Below the pieces are notes generated by a model. That model had not been told where the DNA came from, made no database searches, and was given only the letters and a program-made list of their open reading frames with translations. Source: a virus (Duplodnaviria; Heunggongvirae; Uroviricota; Caudoviricetes). From it: a DNA stretch of 24,712 nucleotides. A program made the translations under genes and the position numbers. Position 1 is the first letter of the stretch; every line of letters starts with the position of its first letter. The stretch is from positions 1-24,712 of IMG/VR virus record IMGVR_UViG_2778261459_000007; one strand, 5' to 3'. Below, one piece after another: positions 19,284 to 24,712 of the stretch.

Positions 19284-19635
19284 TGTTGGCTCCGTTTATC
19301 CGTTAAAAGGGATATCAGTTAAGTTATCCCGTGTAGGGTATAAGCCATTGTCGAGACCACTCATTGAATGGCCTCTGCAATAACCGATGTCTTTCCATCA
19401 GTCCGCCACCACAAAGAATCTTTTTTGCCATCAGGCAGGAGGTTCATCTTTCAGTGGCTGCCAGTGTTATTTCCCCACTTACTGGCTTGGGTTGTTTCGC
19501 TGTACTGCCGTAACTGGTGGTGCACAGATTTAGTTAAATCTGTTCTCGCCTGAACTATCTTTTACATACCCGGATTGTGGGGATGTAAATCACGGTTTCA
19601 TTATCAAGCCCACCCGTAGATGGGCTTTGTAATGG

Positions 19636-20154
19636 TCACTTTGGCAGTCCGGGGATCGATATTTGCGCCTGCTGCTCAAGCCTTTCGATTCTTGCTATGA
19701 GTTGCGGTTTTTTGATCCTGCCCCAGCGGTTCAGCAAGCGTCCTGACATACTGGCAACATCCTTTTCCTTCATGAACTCCAGCATTAACTCGTTGTGCTC
19801 TCTTTGGTATGAGTGAGCCATCTCCATCAGCCTGTCACGCATCCAATTAAATGCTTTGATAAACGCCTCTTTGATGGCGGCAGCTTTTTTGCCGGTAAAC
19901 GACATGATGATGTACATCGCGCCGTCTTTGGAAATTTCATATTCAACATACTGATTACCCTTGTGTTCATAGGTAACCCGCGAAAAGTTGCTGGTTAGAA
20001 ATTCATCCGAACAGTCTAGCTTTTCGATTTTCTGAATGATGTGGTGATGCTGCTTGTCGAAGTAAGCTGCTACCTTGCGGGAGGTTGTGATCACGCGATC
20101 ACCAGAAACAACCACCATGTCCCGGAAATCGAGATTAGCCAATTGATGATTCAT
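19636..20154 (-). CDS. rha: Rha-family phage regulatory protein
   Basis: 172-aa ORF. N-terminal VVVSGDRVITTSRKVAAYFDKQHHHIIQKIEKL fits the Phage_pRha domain signature. Located between the lysis cassette and terminase, where P22-like phages carry a rha-type gene. Confidence 0.7.
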   Translation of the reverse strand: MNHQLANLDFRDMVVVSGDRVITTSRKVAAYFDKQHHHIIQKIEKLDCSDEFLTSNFSRVTYEHKGNQYVEYEISKDGAMYIIMSFTGKKAAAIKEAFIKAFNWMRDRLMEMAHSYQREHNELMLEFMKEKDVASMSGRLLNRWGRIKKPQLIARIERLEQQAQISIPGLPK

Positions 20155-20302
20155 AGCGTCTTTACCTTTTAGAAAGATGAGCCTGTTCGCACAGAAAAGC
20201 CGTCCCCGAGATGGTCGCCACCATATACGGCAATTCTCAGGCTCAGCTTTCTGAAAGACTCGGGATTGTTACGCGCTGCGATGCGCGGTTTACTGCAGAT
20301 GT

Positions 20303-20326
20303 AAAAAAGCCCCGCAAATGCGAGGC
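20303..20326 (-). terminator. Intrinsic terminator between Rz and rha
   Basis: Minus-strand RNA GCCUCGC-AUUU-GCGGGGC (7-bp stem with one G-U pair) followed by UUUUUU. Confidence 0.6.
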
Positions 20327-20500
20327 TAAATCCTGGTATTTGTAATGACTGGCTATTATCTCAACGCAGCCCCTTACTGCGCGCCAGATGCTCAATATCA
20401 AGCATCAGCAATGAGATGTTTAATCTGGATTCACTCCAGAAGTGATCACCACCCTGTCTACAGAGCCAGATGTGAAGGATGATGAGTAAAATTATCTCTA

Positions 20501-20938
20501 TCATCGAAGGCATTGCGTCCTGATGTATTCCTGCAGGTAGTTAACCTGCGCGGTTATCTTGTCGATTCCACTTCGGAGACGGTAATAATTGAGTTCAGCA
20601 TCTGCTGTAAGTCTTGGGCTTTCTCCATCGCCCATGCTGCTGGCTCCGGTAGTTGACTTTGCACAGGTGGCGGCGACTTGCAGGCGCTTACGCCCAGCAG
20701 AAACATCAGCACGGAGACTTTCGATAGTCGCGTTAGCATCAGCAAGCTCCTTTGTGTATCTGGCGTCGAGTTCTGCTACATCACGTTGACGCTTCTGCAT
20801 GTCAGCGATGATGGATGTGGCTTTATCGCGCTGTTCTTTATAGGTAATGGCGTTATCACGGTAATGATTAACAGCCCATGACAGACAGACGATGATGCAG
20901 ATAACCAGAGCGGAGATAATCGCGGTGACTCTGCTCAT
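20501..20938 (-). CDS. Rz: i-spanin Rz (inner-membrane spanin subunit)
   Basis: 145-aa ORF. First ~34 residues [34 protein letters not shown] match lambda Rz as recalled; the rest diverges but stays coiled-coil-like. Start overlaps the endolysin stop. Confidence 0.9.
   Translation of the reverse strand: MSRVTAIISALVICIIVCLSWAVNHYRDNAITYKEQRDKATSIIADMQKRQRDVAELDARYTKELADANATIESLRADVSAGRKRLQVAATCAKSTTGASSMGDGESPRLTADAELNYYRLRSGIDKITAQVNYLQEYIRTQCLR
20554..20745 (-). CDS. Rz1: o-spanin Rz1 (outer-membrane lipoprotein), embedded in the +1 frame of Rz
   Basis: 63-aa ORF wholly inside Rz. Signal peptide with lipobox (LLGVSAC) and a Pro-rich mature region ([16 protein letters not shown]), typical of embedded Rz1. 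Exact start (M1 or M3) uncertain. Confidence 0.8.
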   Translation of the reverse strand: MLMLTRLSKVSVLMFLLGVSACKSPPPVQSQLPEPAAWAMEKAQDLQQMLNSIITVSEVESTR

Positions 20939-21411
20939 ACCTCAATCTCTCTGACCGTTCCGCCAGCCTCTTTGAATTTTGCAATCAGGCTGTCAGCCTT
21001 ATGCTCGAACTGACCATAACCAGCGCCCGGCAGTGAAGCCCAGATATTGCTGCAACGGTCGATAGCCTGACGAATATCACCGCGATCAATCATCGGCAAA
21101 GCGCCACGCTCCTTAATCTGCTGCAATGCCACAGCGTCCTGGCTTTTGGGAGAGAAGTCTTTCAGGCCAAGCTGCTTACGGTAGGCATCCCACCAACGGG
21201 AAAGAAGCTGGTAACGTCCGGCGGCTGTTGATTTGAGTTTTGGGTTTAGCGTGACAAGTTTGCGAGGGTGATCGGAGTAATCAGTGAATAGTTCTCCCCC
21301 TACAATGACGTCATAACCATGATTTCTGGTTTTCTGTCGTCCGTTATCAGTTCCCTCTGACCACGCCAGCATATCGAGGAACGCCTTACGTTGATTATTG
21401 ATTTCCACCAT
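20935..21411 (-). CDS. R: Endolysin R (lytic transglycosylase), lambda-type
   Basis: 158-aa [52 protein letters not shown]… is essentially lambda R as recalled, including the catalytic Glu in the WSEGT context. Confidence 0.95.
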   Translation of the reverse strand: MVEINNQRKAFLDMLAWSEGTDNGRQKTRNHGYDVIVGGELFTDYSDHPRKLVTLNPKLKSTAAGRYQLLSRWWDAYRKQLGLKDFSPKSQDAVALQQIKERGALPMIDRGDIRQAIDRCSNIWASLPGAGYGQFEHKADSLIAKFKEAGGTVREIEV

Positions 21412-21718
21412 CTTCTACTCCGGCTTTTTTAGCAGCGAAGCGTTTGATAAGCGAACCAATCGAGTCAGTACCGATGTAGCCGATGAACACGCTCGTTATA
21501 TAAGCGAGATTGCTACTTAGTCCGGCGAAGTCGAGAAGGTCACGAATGAACCAGGCGATAATGGCGCACATCGTTGCGTCGATTACTGTTTTTGTAAACG
21601 CACCGCCATTATATCTGCCGCGAAGGTACGCCATTGCAAACGCAAGGATTGCCCCGATGCCTTGTTCCTTTGCCGCGAGAATGGCGGCTAACAGGTCATG
21701 TTTTTCTGGCATCTTCAT
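21395..21718 (-). CDS. S: Holin/antiholin S (S107/S105 dual-start), lambda-type class I holin
   Basis: 107-aa [46 protein letters not shown]…, essentially lambda S. Met1-Lys2-Met3 dual start is present: antiholin S107 from 21718, holin S105 from 21712. Confidence 0.95.
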   Translation of the reverse strand: MKMPEKHDLLAAILAAKEQGIGAILAFAMAYLRGRYNGGAFTKTVIDATMCAIIAWFIRDLLDFAGLSSNLAYITSVFIGYIGTDSIGSLIKRFAAKKAGVEDGGNQ

Positions 21719-21724
21719 GTCTTA

Positions 21725-21738
21725 CCCCCAATAAGGGG
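21725..21738 (-). promoter_or_regulatory. sdi RNA stem-loop upstream of S (controls the S107/S105 start ratio)
   Basis: Minus-strand CCCCUUAUUGGGGG hairpin immediately 5' of the S start codons, as in lambda, where it occludes the SD for Met1. Confidence 0.75.
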
Positions 21739-22154
21739 ATTTGCTCTATTTAATTAGGAATAAGGTCGATTACTGATAGAACAAATCCAGGCTACTGTGT
21801 TTAGTAATCAGATTTGTTCGTGACCGATATGCACGGGCAAAACGGCAGGAGGTTGTTAGCGCAACCTCATGCCGCCCGCTTTCACGAAGATCATGTGTAG
21901 AAGGCCGCAGCATAACTATCACTGATGAATTCAGGACATCCAGTGGCTACGGCTCAGTTTGGATTGTGGCGACCGGTGCTGATCTCCGGTTTGCTGCAAC
22001 TGCCTACAGCTGGCTACGTGGCCATACCGAATCCAGCGAAAGATTCTTGCCCTTACACATCAGCCTGTGCATTCACCACAACGATAAGAGCACTGCGCGG
22101 CACCTTTCACCAATTCCGCGAGGTCTGCGGGTTCAATGCTCTTACCTGTTGTGC

Positions 22155-22200
22155 AAACAAAAAAAGCCACCGTTGCAACTTAAGAGTCACTAACGGCAGC
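22155..22200 (-). terminator. Late terminator tR' (the target Q-modified RNA polymerase reads through)
   Basis: Minus-strand RNA GCUGCCGUU - 17-nt loop - AACGGUGGC followed by UUUUUUUGUUUG. The sequence after the U-tract (GCACAACAGGTAAGAGCATTGA…) resembles the lambda sequence just downstream of tR' as I recall it. Confidence 0.55.
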
Positions 22201-22204
22201 TTAT

Positions 22205-22240
22205 GCGAATAGTGTTGCTCATTTTCTCAATGATGTCAAC
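22205..22240 (-). promoter_or_regulatory. Candidate late promoter pR' with Q-utilisation region
   Basis: Perfect -35 hexamer TTGACA (22240..22235) 6 nt after the Q stop codon. No strong -10 at 17 bp (AACACT is the best candidate). Placement between Q and tR' matches lambdoid late-promoter architecture. Confidence 0.35.
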
Positions 22241-22245
22241 ACGTT

Positions 22246-22734
22246 CTACGCTACATGTTTAATTTTCTCTACACGTTTCCGGTTTTTAAACGCACTATCC
22301 AGAACCGGGTAAATCATAAACAACGAGGCATTGAGGATTTCGTCAACTTCCCGACGACAGGTTGCGAGCGATGGTTTTTGAATGCGCCCGCCGCCCCGGC
22401 ATAACATCTTGCGAGGTCTTGCGACGCGATGATAGTAAGATGCAATGGCGTGCTTGGAAGAACCGTGGGCGTAGTAGCTGAGGAGGATGCCAAAGGCTTT
22501 CTTGTCAATGTACATGACGGAATCGACGACCTGAGAAATCAACATTCCATCATCATCATTGCACATTGGCCTTGTCATAACTCTTCCCGGCTCTACGCTC
22601 TCCATGAACTTCGCTATTACGCTGCTCATGCGCTTTTCCAGACGACCTGAATAAACCCATGCGCCCCACAGTTCAAGCCAGCCATTCAGCCACTCATGCT
22701 GTTCTTTGGTGAGGTTTAGTTCTCTTATGCCCAC
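22246..22734 (-). CDS. Q: Late-gene antitermination protein Q (non-lambda type; length and sequence suggest the phage 21 Q family)
   Basis: 162-aa ORF immediately downstream of the nin region and upstream of pR'/tR' and the lysis genes. Not lambda Q (207 aa). Cys-containing motif (CRGGGR…C) consistent with a Q-family zinc-binding element. Family assignment is from memory and position. Confidence 0.75.
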   Translation of the reverse strand: MGIRELNLTKEQHEWLNGWLELWGAWVYSGRLEKRMSSVIAKFMESVEPGRVMTRPMCNDDDGMLISQVVDSVMYIDKKAFGILLSYYAHGSSKHAIASYYHRVARPRKMLCRGGGRIQKPSLATCRREVDEILNASLFMIYPVLDSAFKNRKRVEKIKHVA

Positions 22735-23396
22735 GCGCCTTCTCCCTGTACCTGAATCAATGTGAGATTTCCGCAGAACACTGCGCCGGTATCGATATAC
22801 ATTTGGTTGGCAAATTTAAGTGGTTTCACTGCTGGCGTATGACCAAAGATGAACGTGTCCGCGCCTTTGATTTCTTTCACGATCCCGTCTTGTGAGTTGC
22901 TGATTCGTTCGCGGTTCCAGATTACCTGCTGATGATCAACTGGCTTTCCAAACTCGTATTCGTCACAAGGATAATCGGCGTGGCAGATGACATATTTTTT
23001 TCCTTTACTCACCAGTTCGATGATTAACGGAAGTTCATCTGCTTTATGGGCAAGAGCTTTAGCCAGAATTTCTTTGTCGTAATCGAGATTAAAGAACCAG
23101 CCACCGCCATTAAGCAGCCAGTGATTAACGTTTCCACGCTCTGATAAGCCATCAATCATCATTTGCTCATGGTTTCCACGTACAGCTCTGAACCAGGGGA
23201 ATGTGATTAATTCCAGGCATTCAACGTTCTCTGCACCACGATCAACCAAATCGCCCACCGAGATAAGCAGGTCTTTTTTGTTGTCGAATCCAATCGTATC
23301 CAGTTTGTTCATCAGGTTCGTGTAGCATCCGTGCAGATCGCCAACTACCCAAATATTTCGGTATTTGCTGCCATCAATTTTTTCGTAATAGCGCAT
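22725..23396 (-). CDS. ninI: Ser/Thr protein phosphatase (lambda PPase / NinI, ORF221)
   Basis: [59 protein letters not shown]…GNHE… is essentially lambda phosphatase, with the GDxHG, GDxVDRG and GNHE metallophosphatase motifs. Start set at ATG 23396; the ORF-track start at 23471 is an upstream extension overlapping ninH. Confidence 0.95.
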   Translation of the reverse strand: MRYYEKIDGSKYRNIWVVGDLHGCYTNLMNKLDTIGFDNKKDLLISVGDLVDRGAENVECLELITFPWFRAVRGNHEQMMIDGLSERGNVNHWLLNGGGWFFNLDYDKEILAKALAHKADELPLIIELVSKGKKYVICHADYPCDEYEFGKPVDHQQVIWNRERISNSQDGIVKEIKGADTFIFGHTPAVKPLKFANQMYIDTGAVFCGNLTLIQVQGEGAWA

Positions 23397-23580
23397 CTCT
23401 TTCACTCCATCCGCGATGAACCATGAGAACGTCGTTGACGATGGCGTGCATTTTCCCGTCTTTATCATCAACGTATTTTCTGACCGTACCGCGACTACAT
23501 TTCAGTCTGCGTGCTACTTCTGTCTGGTTTCCGTATGCTTCAACGAGCATGTCTGGAATGGTTTTTACTGAGAACGTCAT
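23374..23580 (-). CDS. ninH: NinH
   Basis: 68-aa [40 protein letters not shown]… matches lambda NinH as recalled (HTH-like). Start overlaps the ninG stop (ATGA). Confidence 0.9.
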   Translation of the reverse strand: MTFSVKTIPDMLVEAYGNQTEVARRLKCSRGTVRKYVDDKDGKMHAIVNDVLMVHRGWSERDALLRKN

Positions 23581-24188
23581 GCGGCCTCACTTCTGCTATT
23601 TCGCAGGTCTTTGAGTTTCTGTTGGTGCTCTGCCTTGATCGCCTTGCACTCTTCGATAGTCCAGCGATGGCGGTTATGGTTTGATTCGATTTCGTCTACT
23701 GCTTCCTGCCCGATGCGGCTAATCAGTTCGACGCGATACGGAACGAGATTTCCGCTTTTGTGCTGGTTGCACACCACGCATTGCTTGTGAATATTGCGTT
23801 CATCAAATCGGAGTTGAGGTGCCGCAGCAGTTGTCCGGTAATGTCCGGCATCCCACTGAGCAGACGTGAGCGTTCCGCACGAGATACATGGTAAGTCGCG
23901 GTCTCTTTCTCTGATGAAGGCGTTTACGGCTTGTTGGGCTTGTTTAATCCAGTAACTGCGGGGCTTTAAGGCGAGTTTTCGAATCTTAAGTTTATCTTTC
24001 TGTTTCTGCTCCTCTCGTCGTCGTTTCTTCTCTGCTGCCTTTTCCGCTTTTTCGCGTTCTTTGCTTCGTCGTTCGAGCGCTATCTTGGTTCCACACTCTG
24101 GAGAGCACCACCACTGATTGGCGAATGCAGGGTGAAACCATTCCCGACATTCATCGTTTTTACATCGTCTTCGCGCTGGTTTAGCCAT
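23577..24188 (-). CDS. ninG: NinG / Rap recombination protein (structure-specific endonuclease)
   Basis: 203-aa [53 protein letters not shown]… matches lambda NinG (Rap) as recalled. Confidence 0.95.
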   Translation of the reverse strand: MAKPARRRCKNDECREWFHPAFANQWWCSPECGTKIALERRSKEREKAEKAAEKKRRREEQKQKDKLKIRKLALKPRSYWIKQAQQAVNAFIRERDRDLPCISCGTLTSAQWDAGHYRTTAAAPQLRFDERNIHKQCVVCNQHKSGNLVPYRVELISRIGQEAVDEIESNHNRHRWTIEECKAIKAEHQQKLKDLRNSRSEAA

Positions 24189-24357
24189 CGTCTTCTTCCT
24201 CGTGCATCGAGCTATTCGGATCGCTCATCAGTTCTGCGCAGCAGTGCTCACACACGTGAACTTCCAGCACATGCAGCTTCTGACCGCAGTTAGCGCACGT
24301 TAAAGCCCGCTCGACGCTTTCTTTCTGGTATTGAATGGATTGGGATGGGCTAAGCAT
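24181..24357 (-). CDS. ninF: NinF (absent from the supplied ORF track because it is only 58 aa)
   Basis: Manual translation of the minus strand from ATG 24357 gives [58 protein letters not shown] with stop at 24183..24181. This matches lambda NinF (Cys-rich, Zn-ribbon-like). Overlaps the ninG start by 8 nt. Confidence 0.85.
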   Translation of the reverse strand: MLSPSQSIQYQKESVERALTCANCGQKLHVLEVHVCEHCCAELMSDPNSSMHEEEDDG

Positions 24358-24712
24358 TATTGGCGTCCTGCATCAGGAGAAAGACAATCATGGCGGCGCG
24401 GAGAACATTTTCATGCTCATGCTCACAAACAGGGTTGGCAGAAGCACCGTGCAAACCGCTTTCGTTCCAGTCCCAGAGAATGTTAACTCCGTTATCAGCA
24501 ATAATCGGCCATGCGTCTGCTGGGTTTGCGCATGGGTTAAAGGATCCGCGCTCAACTTCTACTTCAACTGCGTCTCCGTTTACAATGTCTCCCTCAAATG
24601 AGACAAACACCATATCGCCATTCTCACCTTCTTTGTAATCCGGTGATCCGTTATGAATGGCTTCGAATACCGCCACGTTAATTTCAAAATCACTTAACTG
24701 TGAATAATCCAT
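24350..24712 (-). CDS. nin-region hypothetical protein (NinX-like by position)
   Basis: 120-aa ORF whose ATG coincides with the last three bases of the window, so the true N-terminus may lie beyond it. Directly upstream of ninF, where P22-type nin regions carry ninX. Acidic, with several Cys/His (CANPADAW…CEHEHE). Name is positional only. Confidence 0.6.
   Translation of the reverse strand: MDYSQLSDFEINVAVFEAIHNGSPDYKEGENGDMVFVSFEGDIVNGDAVEVEVERGSFNPCANPADAWPIIADNGVNILWDWNESGLHGASANPVCEHEHENVLRAAMIVFLLMQDANNA

Noticed and set aside
19524-19543. LexA (SOS) box
   Set aside because: The palindrome is ACAG…CTGT with 12 intervening bases, the inverse of the CTGT-N8-ACAG LexA consensus.
20211-20345. 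44-aa plus-strand ORF with an HTH-like stretch (…GNSQAQLSERLGIV…) between rha and Rz
   Set aside because: Antisense to the late operon, spans the intrinsic terminator hairpin, has no convincing ribosome-binding site and is too short for a complete HTH regulator; most likely chance, or at best a gene remnant.
22084-22146. Possible tRNA or structured RNA between tR' and S (7-bp complementary ends ATAAGAG…CTCTTAC, GGTTCAAT motif)
   Set aside because: The enclosed span is only about 63 nt, with no acceptable D-arm or anticodon-arm and no proper T-stem around the GGTTCAAT motif. This looks like sequence homologous to the lambda 6S/late-leader region, not a tRNA gene.
23397-23471. Upstream extension of the phosphatase ORF ([13 protein letters not shown]…)
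   Set aside because: Lambda phosphatase starts at MRYYEKIDG; the extension overlaps ninH in another frame and is an artefact of the longest-ORF rule.
24335-24638. Two overlapping plus-strand ORFs (88 and 92 aa) at the right edge
   Set aside because: Antisense to the NinX-like and ninF genes, in the middle of a tightly overlapping minus-strand operon, with no ribosome-binding context.
1-24712. CRISPR arrays, rRNA genes, IS elements or transposases
   Set aside because: No direct-repeat/spacer periodicity, no rRNA-like conserved stretches and no transposase-like ORFs or terminal inverted repeats were seen; the only mobile-element gene is the phage integrase.

Overview
This window reads as the reverse complement of the late half of a P22-like (Sf6-type) lambdoid podovirus genome. 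All late genes are on the minus strand, in canonical order from high to low coordinates: nin region (NinX-like, ninF, ninG, ninH, ninI) -> non-lambda Q antiterminator -> pR'/tR' -> lambda-type lysis cassette (S, R, Rz with embedded Rz1) -> Rha-like and small ORFs -> small and large terminase -> portal -> scaffold -> coat -> gp4/gp10/gp26 tail-completion proteins -> gp14/gp7/gp20/gp16 ejection proteins -> tailspike -> AT-rich acyltransferase-3 (O-antigen acetylase-like). On the plus strand are an Mnt-like ribbon-helix-helix repressor, divergent from the tailspike, and a P4-family tyrosine integrase starting at base 1 and convergent with the acyltransferase. Because int sits next to the tailspike/conversion end, this is the phage (attP-intact) arrangement, not an integrated prophage. 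The genome is strongly mosaic: lambda-like nin and lysis sequences flank a non-lambda Q module, joined to Sf6/P22-like morphogenesis genes. I found no CRISPR array, rRNA or convincing tRNA, and no obviously new multi-gene system; the points most worth follow-up are the solitary Mnt next to the tailspike, the divergent tailspike receptor domain paired with the acyltransferase, and the small ORFs and palindrome between lysis and terminase. All homology statements are from reading the translations and from memory of the lambda, P22 and Sf6 proteins; no database search was run.
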